64,000 bases of DNA from a virus (IMGVR_UViG_3300028602_000011:7057-71056); one strand, 5' to 3'; positions 37,501-47,350 are shown, counted from the stretch's first letter. Program-made: numbers and translations. Notes: a model not told the origin generated them from the letters alone.

Positions 37501-38741
37501 CCCCCATCTATTGGATATTCATACCCAAGTTGTTTCATTTGTATTAAAGCTAATTTGAATTCCAACAAGGCATCCATCCCACAATATGTAAGCAATTCCC
37601 TTTCAGAATATTTTTCTATGAATTCATAAATCCTATTTTTAGAATTAGCATTTTTTGGGTCTATTCCCTTTAAATACGGGTTTATATCACTATCATAATC
37701 AGCAATACCAAAGTATATATATGCTTGGAATTTTAGACTTAGTATCCCCGGTCTATTATCGATAACATGCCCACCAATAAGTGTATCCCATATCCAGGGT
37801 TTTATACGTGTTCCAATGCGAACAAGGCTCCATGATTCTTCAAATTTCATGTTGGCCGCCATCTTACCACAATTTGCACTTTGTAGGTACTGGCCAAACA
37901 ATGCCCTATCTCTTTTCTTTTTAGGCATCATGAACGAAAATACTTTATCAGGAGCAACAGCGACAGCACAACACACAATACGATGTCCTCGTGCATGCGG
38001 TTTCAACCCAGTTGTTTCGTAATCTAAACAAGTTAAAGGCCAATAACCTAACCGTAACTTATCGAACAATGTTTGTAACTCGTTTGGGTCCGTAACATAT
38101 TCTATTTGGGATTGCTCATGTGGGAAGTTGGGGAATGGTATATCCACATGGGCAAGAGCATTTTCCAAATCCATTTCCCATATTTTTCGTACTTCTGGAT
38201 ACTGGCTTTGCCTATCTACAAATGACGGGTGAAACACAGGGCATATCCACGTATTTAATTCTCGATCTGGGATGCAAAACCCGCGCCATTTATTTATACC
38301 CCCTAAATCCTTCTTCCACTGTGCACCAATAACTGAATTAACTGCACTGGTGCCAAACAACATAATCACATGTGGTTTATTCTTTTTAATTGTTTTGAAC
38401 ACATTTTTTCTACAACATTGTATTTCATACGGTTTGGGTGTTTCACCATTATAACAACAAACAGAATTTGTATTCAAACAATCTTTATCAAGGTCAATTC
38501 CCAATTTTTTGTATGCTTGTCGAAGTGTTCTACCCGCCTTGCCTTTCCAGTGTTTTCCATGCAGGTCTTCCATATCCCCAGGAGCTTCACCAATATTCAA
38601 AATGCCCTTGGCAAAGCCCCCGGAGGGTTCCATTTTAGGAGAATCAGCATGCTTATACAAACCACAGGAAACACAGGAATACGTTTTACCATCAGGGCGG
38701 GATTCACTCTTAACTTCTGCGGAGCTAAAAAATCCCTTCAT
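37476..38741 (-). CDS. Family-4 uracil-DNA-glycosylase-like domain fused to 3'-5' exonuclease (N-terminal half of a SPO1-type PolA)
   Basis: CVSCGL, IGEAPG and FHPS (UDG4), then LDYETTG, NMKFE, WDTL and YCGMD (ExoI-III). Confidence 0.85.
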   Translation of the reverse strand: MKGFFSSAEVKSESRPDGKTYSCVSCGLYKHADSPKMEPSGGFAKGILNIGEAPGDMEDLHGKHWKGKAGRTLRQAYKKLGIDLDKDCLNTNSVCCYNGETPKPYEIQCCRKNVFKTIKKNKPHVIMLFGTSAVNSVIGAQWKKDLGGINKWRGFCIPDRELNTWICPVFHPSFVDRQSQYPEVRKIWEMDLENALAHVDIPFPNFPHEQSQIEYVTDPNELQTLFDKLRLGYWPLTCLDYETTGLKPHARGHRIVCCAVAVAPDKVFSFMMPKKKRDRALFGQYLQSANCGKMAANMKFEESWSLVRIGTRIKPWIWDTLIGGHVIDNRPGILSLKFQAYIYFGIADYDSDINPYLKGIDPKNANSKNRIYEFIEKYSERELLTYCGMDALLEFKLALIQMKQLGYEYPIDGGWACSQQH

Positions 38742-38743
38742 CC

Positions 38744-39763
38744 CTATTCCTCACTCGCCATAAGTACAACAACATGATCCCATTTCTTACCAGAAAACTT
38801 CATACGGTTTTTACCAACAATACATTTCGTAAGGCGGGAATAAATGGAACCCAAAAAGGTAGGATTGACAGAGAACGAATATGGTGTGTCCTTGTATTTC
38901 ATATTTGTTTGTTCTTCAAACCAACCATTCTCAGCTTCAGCCCTAATTGAGAACCGATTGTCTTTCATGGTAATAATTACAAACTCGTCAAGGAAATGGT
39001 CCCGTTTGGAAAACACAGAAGCCTTGTCCAAAATCTCCTTCAGCGTTTTGGGTAGCATTACTGCCTTTCCTTTCAACTCGAGGAAGTTATCGATATCTGG
39101 AAATGCGTCTTCAAATATACGACAAGAAAATACACTCCCATCATCACACTTAAAATGTATCCATCCATGCCCATGCCGAATCTGCAGAACATTATACTGC
39201 AATAAAGCATGAACCGAATTGTGTGGTATAAGGAAATCAGGCACAGGCATTTCCATACCCATATTGTAGCGGGTAAGGCGGAAGTTATCAGAGGATTCTA
39301 CACACCCATCTTTACGGACATGCACACAAGTTAGTATAGGCTTGCTCATATCCCGGGAGCAGGAAAACATAACAAACTCGAGAGCTTTCAACAGCTCTTT
39401 ACCATCCACATCATGCCACCCACCTTTAGTCGATATTTCATCCAAAGGTAGTTTCATATCGGTCTGCAGAGTGATGCCAGCTTTCGCCCTGCCAGCTTTC
39501 ACAATAATTTCACTGCCCGTAATAGACAGATCAACTTCGTCCTTATTCATCTTTTTCAAGATATTGTAAAATTCAGTTGCCTTTACAACCCCACGAATAT
39601 CCAACCCTTCGATGGGGAACCGTACAGATATTTCATCATTGTATGTAACAACGAAACCATCCATAAAAGCAAATGAATCTGTTTGCTCGATAATATCCTT
39701 TTTGGATAATCCCGGGCGCACAATATCCAAAATCGCAATCAGTTTATTTTTGTCAATCTTCAT
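38744..39763 (-). CDS. Sliding clamp, DNA Pol III beta-like
   Basis: 339 aa three-domain size; SRDMSKPILTCVHV, ESSDNFRL, FPDI and SVNPTFL. Confidence 0.75.
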   Translation of the reverse strand: MKIDKNKLIAILDIVRPGLSKKDIIEQTDSFAFMDGFVVTYNDEISVRFPIEGLDIRGVVKATEFYNILKKMNKDEVDLSITGSEIIVKAGRAKAGITLQTDMKLPLDEISTKGGWHDVDGKELLKALEFVMFSCSRDMSKPILTCVHVRKDGCVESSDNFRLTRYNMGMEMPVPDFLIPHNSVHALLQYNVLQIRHGHGWIHFKCDDGSVFSCRIFEDAFPDIDNFLELKGKAVMLPKTLKEILDKASVFSKRDHFLDEFVIITMKDNRFSIRAEAENGWFEEQTNMKYKDTPYSFSVNPTFLGSIYSRLTKCIVGKNRMKFSGKKWDHVVVLMASEE

Positions 39764-39778
39764 GCCAACTCCTGTTGG

Positions 39779-40783
39779 TTACAGGCCAAATCCAAACAAC
39801 TGCTTCTTACGTGTAAATCTCCATGGATATGGTGGCATAGCATTCTGCAAATCTATAAAGTATACTGAATTGAGAGTATCACGCATAATATAGCTATTCC
39901 GCAACCCTGATTCTACAATAGTCTCAACCACCCGCATCTTCATTTCTTCACGCTTTGCACCAACCCACTTTTCATTCTCCTGCAATTTGTATGTTCTCGG
40001 TTCTTTTCTGTATGTGGAAGAACCTATATTACATCCTTTTGCAGTAACATACTCTTCAAATTCAATCTTTTCGTTTATGCTTAATTCTTCATAATGTACT
40101 GCGGTAGCCTTGGGATTTATAACAGAAAGGGAAATCTTGTATGGTCTACGTGTGTAACACCATTCCCCATTGACACGGTATGGTACGAATACATGCCCAT
40201 TACGTGCCGTCATAATCCAACTCGTGCTGTCCACTGAATACCAAGGGTAACGCCACATGAGTGAAAAGTTGGTCAATCCAAACCCATGTAAGCGTACCAG
40301 TGGCCACCCATCTTTATCTGTTATGTGTTGTGACCATAGGTGGTCCAAATAAGGAGTAAGGCACTTATCTTTAACGACAAGCCCACCCATTGCTATGTAG
40401 TCTTCACCACTGTCCATGTACCTATGCAACCATTTAAAATCCTCTCCCATGTGGAATACTGGTATAGGATTCAAACCGGCCTTTTTCATCTTCACATGAT
40501 TTTTCCAAGTACCCTCTGCATCCCCAATCACATCTAAGTTTGCATACACTTCTAATCGGTCTTGGTACTCAGTCAAAAAAGCAATGTAATTATCAATATT
40601 GATTTCTTCACCTTTGGCTTTAGCACTAAAGGCACCACTATCGATAAATATACGCACTTTGTTTTTCAGGTCTAATTTCAGTGAAGAAACATCGTTCCCA
40701 TCATAGCAATAATAAAAAGAGTGAAGACGGTATGCGCCCTCACTCTCCTCGCGCACTTTATTACCCGCACGGTAAATTATCAC
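39779..40783 (-). CDS. dpdA: DpdA, TGT-like deazaguanine DNA transglycosylase
   Basis: [32 protein letters not shown] and SVDSTSW motifs; adjacent to folE/queC. Confidence 0.85.
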   Translation of the reverse strand: MIIYRAGNKVREESEGAYRLHSFYYCYDGNDVSSLKLDLKNKVRIFIDSGAFSAKAKGEEINIDNYIAFLTEYQDRLEVYANLDVIGDAEGTWKNHVKMKKAGLNPIPVFHMGEDFKWLHRYMDSGEDYIAMGGLVVKDKCLTPYLDHLWSQHITDKDGWPLVRLHGFGLTNFSLMWRYPWYSVDSTSWIMTARNGHVFVPYRVNGEWCYTRRPYKISLSVINPKATAVHYEELSINEKIEFEEYVTAKGCNIGSSTYRKEPRTYKLQENEKWVGAKREEMKMRVVETIVESGLRNSYIMRDTLNSVYFIDLQNAMPPYPWRFTRKKQLFGFGL

Positions 40784-41349
40784 TTAATAAGACTCATGAA
40801 TTCATTGCGGGTGGATTGGTTGTCCAGAAAAGCACCTTTCATAGATGCCGTAACCATCATGCTATTCTGTTTGGAACAGCCACGCATCCTCATGCACATG
40901 TGCTGTGCTTCAATCACACAAGCGGCACCAGCGCAACCAACTTCTTCCATAAGAAAATCAGTAATCTGTTCGCACAGCCTTTCCTGGATTTGCAACCGTC
41001 GTGCATAAATATCAACCAATCTAGCCAGCTTGGAAATTCCCAACACACGACCATCATTACCAGGAATATATGCTACATGGGCTTTGCCAAAGAAAGGCAA
41101 CATGTGATGCTCACACATACTGTACACTTCGATTGCTTTCAAAATAACCATACCATCATATGTTTCAGCACCAAAGGAGGTAATCATATCCTTTGGGTTT
41201 TTACCGTACCCACAATACAATTCCTTCCAACTTTTGCGAATACGTTTGGGGGTATCTACCAAGCCTTCCCGATGTGGATTTTCGCCCAGATAACGTAATT
41301 GTGCTTTAATCCCCTCTTCAATATCCATTTCTGCAAAATCCAAAGGCAT
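40780..41349 (-). CDS. folE: GTP cyclohydrolase I
   Basis: [35 protein letters not shown] and HMCMRMRG. Confidence 0.96.
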   Translation of the reverse strand: MPLDFAEMDIEEGIKAQLRYLGENPHREGLVDTPKRIRKSWKELYCGYGKNPKDMITSFGAETYDGMVILKAIEVYSMCEHHMLPFFGKAHVAYIPGNDGRVLGISKLARLVDIYARRLQIQERLCEQITDFLMEEVGCAGAACVIEAQHMCMRMRGCSKQNSMMVTASMKGAFLDNQSTRNEFMSLIK

Positions 41350-41351
41350 TT

Positions 41352-42023
41352 TTATTCTCCTATAATTTGTTTTCGAAGTAAACAGTTATCACATTTGCCA
41401 CATGCCGGAACAAAATAGCAGGAGTGCGTTTTAGCAAAGTCCACATCCAATGTGCATCCAAATTGGTACACATCCCGCTTGTCCCAATGTCGTTCATAAA
41501 ATGGTGCACGTATCCTTGTTTGGTAGGACAACCCAACACCAGTAAGCATATTCATCATATCAACGAACTGCGGGGAATTATCGCCGGTCATAAGTTTGTA
41601 TGTTCTGCGTTTTTGCCATTCTTCCTTCCCGTACAAATAACCAACAAGCAACTCGTCAATCTTATGTGCAGAACAGTATGCAAGGGCATAGGCAATCATA
41701 ATCATGTTGCGGCCTTCAACAAAAGTTTCTTCATACCGCAACTTATCCCAATCACCAAGCGGGTCTTCCTCGTGGGAAACATAGCCGGGGGTAAACAACC
41801 CTTCTCCCTTTTTCTGCCAAGGAAACACAGGCATTTCCAGTATATCAATCTGCAACCCACCGAGTACGTGTGCATGGTGTGTAAGCAACTCGACTTGTTT
41901 GCTAAAAGCATCCTGCCCATAATTCGTTGTAAGAATTAGTGGCTTATCACCGCGCTTTACTTGTTCATACATAAGCACAGTCGAATCCATTCCACCAGTC
42001 GCCATTATTGCTGTTTTATGCAT
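41352..42023 (-). CDS. queC: QueC-family ATPase, paralog 1
   Basis: ATGGMDS, VEGRN and [15 protein letters not shown] (Zn site). Confidence 0.8.
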   Translation of the reverse strand: MHKTAIMATGGMDSTVLMYEQVKRGDKPLILTTNYGQDAFSKQVELLTHHAHVLGGLQIDILEMPVFPWQKKGEGLFTPGYVSHEEDPLGDWDKLRYEETFVEGRNMIMIAYALAYCSAHKIDELLVGYLYGKEEWQKRRTYKLMTGDNSPQFVDMMNMLTGVGLSYQTRIRAPFYERHWDKRDVYQFGCTLDVDFAKTHSCYFVPACGKCDNCLLRKQIIGE

Positions 42024-42718
42024 TCTGCAATCTCCTTTAATTCTTGGGGTGCACGGCCTTTAATAATACTCTGTGCATAAAAATCTGTTAAATCTTTTCT
42101 GGGATCAGCATCCATCATATCACGAACAAAAACACCTAACTGTGCATCAGCATAGCAAGCCGCAACATATTTTCGAAGGCATGATCTACATACACCACAA
42201 CCATGATCTGTACCGGCATAACAGCTTTTTGAATCAGCCAACAAATTTTTCGTTGCATATAAGCCAAACTGATCTATATATTTCTTTATGAGTTGGCCTT
42301 TGGATTTGTGTTTGAACGGCATGAATACTTCATGTTGGCCGGGGTGGTGTACCTTATCAACATCCAAAGCAAAGTAATTAAACAACCCTTCCATCTGGGC
42401 TTTAAAAACATAGTCTTTGTCTTTGGTGGTATCACCAGCGGTAAAGGCGAAATAAATTTGGTTGCTGTATTGTGCGCCAATAATGGCCAGCATGTGATTT
42501 CTGAAAGGGAGAATTTTGTTGCCAAGTTCAAATTGGCATAGGGGAAGGTCTACTTTTTTGATACCAGTAAAAGCATAGGAATCAATAAACTTTTCTTCTT
42601 GTACATTTTCCTGGGTGCCAAGACGTACAAACAAGCATTCACGATCTTCAAAACTGTATAAGTGTTTAAGCATTAACGAATCTAATCCACCACTGAACAA
42701 TAAGATTCTATCGGCCAT
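42005..42718 (-). CDS. queC: QueC-family ATPase, paralog 2
   Basis: LFSGGLDS, LPFRN and KSCYAGTDHGCGVCRSC. Confidence 0.78.
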   Translation of the reverse strand: MADRILLFSGGLDSLMLKHLYSFEDRECLFVRLGTQENVQEEKFIDSYAFTGIKKVDLPLCQFELGNKILPFRNHMLAIIGAQYSNQIYFAFTAGDTTKDKDYVFKAQMEGLFNYFALDVDKVHHPGQHEVFMPFKHKSKGQLIKKYIDQFGLYATKNLLADSKSCYAGTDHGCGVCRSCLRKYVAACYADAQLGVFVRDMMDADPRKDLTDFYAQSIIKGRAPQELKEIAECIKQQ

Positions 42719-42951
42719 TGCAATCCACCTTGATTTTTATCGTCTATATAAACATCCGCCCGAAGCTTATCCATTACTAAAGCATGGTATTTTATACCGG
42801 CTCGATGTAATTCATCCTCGGTCTCTTTTCGTATGGAACAAGAACGGGCTGTATGTATCACAATAAAGTTATCCTTGTTTTCATACAGCCCGTTTACTCT
42901 ATCCGGGTGGGACAATGCTGTCCCATCCAGATCAATCGCGATTACATTCAT
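42682..42951 (-). CDS. Minimal HAD-superfamily phosphatase-like protein
   Basis: IAIDLDGT, HTAR and K..ADVYIDD motifs. Confidence 0.7.
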   Translation of the reverse strand: MNVIAIDLDGTALSHPDRVNGLYENKDNFIVIHTARSCSIRKETEDELHRAGIKYHALVMDKLRADVYIDDKNQGGLQWPIESYCSVVD

Positions 42952-42952
42952 G

Positions 42953-43771
42953 TTACTTCAGCTTTGGGTCATTAACTCCAAGCTCTCCGTAGGCACGTTC
43001 GTATGTCTTCATACGGTACTCAGCCCACTTCAAATCTTTACCGGCGACTTCTGCCAGTTTAGCGGTGATCTTTGCACGCTTCTGGCCAGCTTTGATAGCT
43101 GTGCGAATCACGTCAGTCTGGTTTACACCGGGGGTGGCCGAGACAGTGCCCTTTTTGCCATTCTTGATTTTGGCGGGAGTGGCTGGCTGTTCCAATTTGG
43201 ATACACGCCACATTTCGGGCTTCAGCTCGCGAGGACCGGCCAGACCCTGAAATGTGTCAAGCTTCTTGCGAAGCAACTTAAATTCAGCATGTTTCATACA
43301 AAGGTCTTTGAGGTCTTTCAGCTTCTTGGTGCACTGGAGGATTTCAGAAAGGGTCTTTTCTACTTCAGGCTCGGGATCTTCTTCTTCCTCGTCTTCCTCA
43401 ACATCTTCTTCTTCAACTGATCCCTCTTCATCATCAGTGCCCTTTTCCTCTTCCTCTTTGTCTTCTTCATCTGCACCCTCATCGTCTTCGTCTTCGTCTT
43501 CGTCTTCTTCTTCGTCCTCGTCCTCAACTACAGGGGCTTCGTCTTCGTCCTCGTCCTCAGCCCCTGTACGAAAAGCGGCTTCCAGCTCTTCCAATACATC
43601 CCAAGTGCTGTCTTCAAATTCGTCGCTCTCGGGATCAATCAGACTACCAGCCTGTTTAATAAGGGATATTAATTTCTGTACGGGCTTGGTGAGATCGATT
43701 GCAGGGTCAAGACCAAGTTCAGTATTCAATTCTTTTGCCGCCGCTACCAGTGCCTTCTTTTTAAGAGCCAT
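42953..43771 (-). CDS. Acidic protein with a C-terminal domain shared with ORF 58936-59577
   Basis: Central Asp/Glu tract; C-terminal GVNQT...RMKTYERAYG. Confidence 0.7.
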   Translation of the reverse strand: MALKKKALVAAAKELNTELGLDPAIDLTKPVQKLISLIKQAGSLIDPESDEFEDSTWDVLEELEAAFRTGAEDEDEDEAPVVEDEDEEEDEDEDEDDEGADEEDKEEEEKGTDDEEGSVEEEDVEEDEEEEDPEPEVEKTLSEILQCTKKLKDLKDLCMKHAEFKLLRKKLDTFQGLAGPRELKPEMWRVSKLEQPATPAKIKNGKKGTVSATPGVNQTDVIRTAIKAGQKRAKITAKLAEVAGKDLKWAEYRMKTYERAYGELGVNDPKLK

Positions 43772-43802
43772 TGTTTCCTCCTGATTAGGAATGGTCTATT
43801 TG

Positions 43803-44147
43803 TTAGTGTTGCCGTACATTAAGATTTAAGTTTTCACATGTCAAGGTTTCTTCATAAATTATTTGTAAAATCTTGTTTCTTGTAACATTACCAAGTAAAA
43901 CCTCTTTCTTAAAATAACGCAATTTCTTTTTGGTATTAGTGACATACCGTTTATTGTTTCGTAGGGTAGCAAAGTCCATCGTAGTTTCCATACAAAGCAA
44001 ATACCAACGAACTAAAGTATCTCTGGACCAGTACGGCATAGTGATTGGGCAAAGACATAATAAACAAGCACAACATTGTTTTTCGTCCTTTACTACCATG
44101 CCATTTAATAAAATGTCATCGTCCAATATACCCGTATTGCTGTCCAT
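43803..44147 (-). CDS. Hypothetical protein
   Basis: Directly downstream of promoter copy 2. Confidence 0.55.
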   Translation of the reverse strand: MDSNTGILDDDILLNGMVVKDEKQCCACLLCLCPITMPYWSRDTLVRWYLLCMETTMDFATLRNNKRYVTNTKKKLRYFKKEVLLGNVTRNKILQIIYEETLTCENLNLNVRQH

Positions 44148-44167
44148 GTGTGTAACCCCTTTAATAT

Positions 44168-44201
44168 ATTATATTGCCATCGGTGCGTTTGGTTTAGGGC
44201 A
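44168..44201 (-). promoter_or_regulatory. Phage promoter copy 2 (TGCCCTAAA-N19-TATAAT)
   Basis: Same boxes and spacing as the other three copies. Confidence 0.75.
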
Positions 44202-45843
44202 AATTTAAAAATTTATGTAATTGGGTATTCACCATCACGCAATCTTCCATATGCTCTGTGCAAATCAAATTCAATATATCTGCATAGGAGATTAACTCCC
44301 CTTTTGTAATGATTGGAGATATTGCAAAGGTGCAGTCAGGAAAATATTCATGCTGTCGTCGTATTTCCTTGAGTATTTGTGGTAATTGCTTACGTGATTC
44401 TACTGCATATTTAATCACGGTGTGCGAATTACCCATAACTATAGAATGCCGAGCATAAAATGTTTTCTCCGATTCGTCCAAAAACAATTTGCGATCAATT
44501 ACCCAAGAAATATGTCTGGTACCAGCAAAACAGCATAATGAGCCTTCAATTTCTAAAGAGCCATTAGTTTCTACCTGCACCTTTAGATTTTTGTGTAGCA
44601 AAGTGTTGAGTAACCGTGTTAGCATGGGTTTCTGTATGAGTGGTTCACCACCAGTGATAAGCACCTTATCAGACTTGATATATGGCAGTATATCATCGAT
44701 GCTCATAAGATACAGACATCCTGTGGATATGGACTGTTTTGTATCACAATTATGTACCCACATATTATCAACCAAATAAGAATTATATGGGAAACATGAT
44801 AAATTGTATACTAATAAAGGTTTTGGTCTGGTCGATGGTGGAAAAGAATTTCGATCAATTTTTTTGGTTGCTTCAACTACAAAACCATTTTGTGCTTGCA
44901 TCTCTTTTCCATCAGTACGTGAACCATTCCAAAAATTAAAACCAGTTGCATGTAAAGAATAATGGCAAGATTCACAAACAACTTGTAGATTATTTTTTGC
45001 ATCATTTTTATTATCACCATCTATATGATGCACATCCAAGCCAATACCATTATTCTTTTTACAAGGAATTGAATCTGGAAAATATTTTCCACAAATGGCA
45101 CAGTGTTGTATCTGTCTATTGGTTACTTGTTTTTTTAAAGCCTCATAATTTTTTTGTGCACCACCTTTCCAATTACCATTTTTTGCACCAGAATTACCAA
45201 CACTTATTTTTTCACGTACTTTCATTTTTTGAATATCTGTTAATGTATCCCATGCACAAATGTATGTTCCTTCTTTTTTCTTTTTTAATACAGCCTTAGA
45301 AATAGCGGTACCAACTTTTTTATAATCTGTGTTTTTTGTTGATTTAGCACATACTTCTGGATCGTGCATTGGGTTTTCTAATTGCTTTTGTAATGATATT
45401 TTTTGTTGGAATGTTGCATGAAGAATCAAATCACCAACCACTAATTCATCTGCACGTCGTATTCCTTTGGTAGTAAAAAATGGGTGTTCTTCAGTTACAA
45501 AATATAAAGTACCATCAATTCTAATTTGCAACCAAGAATCAACTTCTCTTTTAATAACTCGTGAAACTGTAGTTTCAACCAAATTTTTATCAGCATCAAA
45601 GGTCATTAAATTATCACCAACAGTGACATCCGTAATTTTTTTATTCTTGTGTCTTGATAATATGATTCTTGGGATGCGTCTACCTGCACGAACCCCAAAA
45701 CACCAAGGGCATTTTAAATTGCAACCCTGTAATCGAATGAATGTAACCACAGAACCTTGTGGGAAGGCACCACCAACCTCCCCACTAATCGAAGTAAATA
45801 TTTCATTTACATTCAACGAATCTTCCATATTTACATACCCCAT
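44194..45843 (-). CDS. queE: 7-carboxy-7-deazaguanine synthase (radical SAM) interrupted by an intein; ~231 aa spliced
   Basis: EIFTSISGE, FIRLQGCNLKCPW^CDT, ITGGEPL and VETNG. Confidence 0.9.
   Translation of the reverse strand: MGYVNMEDSLNVNEIFTSISGEVGGAFPQGSVVTFIRLQGCNLKCPWCFGVRAGRRIPRIILSRHKNKKITDVTVGDNLMTFDADKNLVETTVSRVIKREVDSWLQIRIDGTLYFVTEEHPFFTTKGIRRADELVVGDLILHATFQQKISLQKQLENPMHDPEVCAKSTKNTDYKKVGTAISKAVLKKKKEGTYICAWDTLTDIQKMKVREKISVGNSGAKNGNWKGGAQKNYEALKKQVTNRQIQHCAICGKYFPDSIPCKKNNGIGLDVHHIDGDNKNDAKNNLQVVCESCHYSLHATGFNFWNGSRTDGKEMQAQNGFVVEATKKIDRNSFPPSTRPKPLLVYNLSCFPYNSYLVDNMWVHNCDTKQSISTGCLYLMSIDDILPYIKSDKVLITGGEPLIQKPMLTRLLNTLLHKNLKVQVETNGSLEIEGSLCCFAGTRHISWVIDRKLFLDESEKTFYARHSIVMGNSHTVIKYAVESRKQLPQILKEIRRQHEYFPDCTFAISPIITKGELISYADILNLICTEHMEDCVMVNTQLHKFLNLP
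44749..45702 (-). mobile_element. Intein (318 aa) with HNH endonuclease
   Basis: Begins at Cys after CPW, has a TEEH block B and CAIC...VHHIDG...NNL..VCESCH, ends VYNLSC.PYNSYLVDNMWVHN before Cys. Confidence 0.9.
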
Positions 45844-46232
45844 TCTGCATAACTCGTTGGTGTTTCGTACAAACGCACTTTTTCGATTTGCATATTTGGA
45901 TTCAGCACTTTCGGCAATGCAACCTCAGCTAACCAAATAACCATCATTTCTGCTGTTGGGCAATCAGCAGGGAATCCATGCATCAAACCAACTGCGGAAA
46001 TTTCATTCAGGCATTTATGATCCAAATTTTCCAGTACATAATTAGTAGATTCCTTCAAATCTGCAAAATCAATCACCATGCCATTTTTATCCAATCTGGA
46101 AACAGATATGCCGATTTGCAATTTATACGTGTGCCCATGCAGATTATGACATTTTCCCTTATGCAATGGGAGAAAATGTGCGGAATCAAACGTAAATTCT
46201 TTCACAACCATTACTTTATTCATCAGTGCCAC
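45831..46232 (-). CDS. queD: 6-carboxy-tetrahydropterin synthase
   Basis: FDSAHFL, CHNLHGHTY, DFADLK, LDH, PTAE and LYETPTS. Confidence 0.95.
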   Translation of the reverse strand: MALMNKVMVVKEFTFDSAHFLPLHKGKCHNLHGHTYKLQIGISVSRLDKNGMVIDFADLKESTNYVLENLDHKCLNEISAVGLMHGFPADCPTAEMMVIWLAEVALPKVLNPNMQIEKVRLYETPTSYAEWGM

Positions 46233-46482
46233 CTTCCAGTTCTTTCAGTTCTTTCATTACATTATGGCCACGGCCAGACATGTACGGTGCTTGCATCTTG
46301 TACATACGCCGACGCAATTTGCGAAACTGTTCATCAATGTGCTTGATTTTGATATCACCAACACGTTCCTGCGGGTACTTTTCCTTGATGATTTCAGCCA
46401 CCTTTTCCGGGGTAATGTATTCTTCATAATGGGCCAGCAAGTGATTCAGAACCAAAAACGAACATTCTTTGTGTGTAGACAT
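46216..46482 (-). CDS. Hypothetical protein
   Basis: GGAG SD; overlaps the queD start. Confidence 0.55.
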   Translation of the reverse strand: MSTHKECSFLVLNHLLAHYEEYITPEKVAEIIKEKYPQERVGDIKIKHIDEQFRKLRRRMYKMQAPYMSGRGHNVMKELKELEGGTDE

Positions 46483-46506
46483 GATTTAAACTCCTAGGGA
46501 AGAGGG

Positions 46507-46956
46507 TTAAATTACGGGATTTTTGTTTGTATTAGTATATTCTTCATATCCTATATATGGAAGACATTGATTCCATGAACCTATAGGGGTTTTAAATGTA
46601 AATGGCGCATCATCTGTAAAAGTTTTTTCCATGCCTAAATAAACATTTGCACGCCATCCATCATCATCATTATCTCTTACTAAACAACCATCACCAATTT
46701 TCATACAAATACAAACTGTAGGATAATCAATTGGCTCTGGTTTTGGTAGATTTACAAAATACTCTAAGTCTACATTCACTATTCGGCGGCCTGTGGGCTT
46801 TGTTATGAAACAGCCAGTAAAGGGCACATTAACTTCTGTTTCAGATTCAATACTCAACGAACCCTCAATATGCTCAACATCTTCCTCTTCGAGTGTATCT
46901 AAACACTCTCTAAGGAAAGATATTGTTTTCTCTTTGTCTTTTAAGTCTATTCGCAT
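46507..46956 (-). CDS. Hypothetical protein (start MRIDLK)
   Basis: GGAG SD before ATG 46956. Confidence 0.55.
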   Translation of the reverse strand: MRIDLKDKEKTISFLRECLDTLEEEDVEHIEGSLSIESETEVNVPFTGCFITKPTGRRIVNVDLEYFVNLPKPEPIDYPTVCICMKIGDGCLVRDNDDDGWRANVYLGMEKTFTDDAPFTFKTPIGSWNQCLPYIGYEEYTNTNKNPVI

Positions 46957-47122
46957 AATTTCTCCTTTCCTCCTTTTCTTTTTTATAGTAATCTTCCAAT
47001 CTATTTGCGGCGGCCAGCATACATATTTGCGTTGGTTCATCATTATACACATAACGAACATGTTCCCGTAATACATCTATAATCACATCTGTGCTTTGTG
47101 TAAATAATGGATGCTTACTCAT
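46910..47122 (-). CDS. Hypothetical protein
   Basis: GGAG SD; 70 aa. Confidence 0.45.
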   Translation of the reverse strand: MSKHPLFTQSTDVIIDVLREHVRYVYNDEPTQICMLAAANRLEDYYKKEKEERRNYANRLKRQRENNIFP

Positions 47123-47316
47123 TTGATGCTCTCCACAGGAGTATTTATTAGAAATTTAGTGCCCGTCTGTTCCGGGCTGTCAAGGGGTATTTTCTTATAT
47201 GGTATTTTGCTTTTTCTTTACGACCGCGCATGATACCCCTAATATTAGTAAATCTATTTCATCGCATGCCTCCTTTTTGCTGTGGTTGCATAAAATAAAC
47301 AATTTGTTTGTACTTT

Positions 47317-47350
47317 ATTATATTACTATCAGTGCATTTTGTTTAGGGCA
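47317..47350 (-). promoter_or_regulatory. Phage promoter copy 3 (TGCCCTAAA-N19-TATAAT)
   Basis: Same boxes and spacing as the other three copies. Confidence 0.75.
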
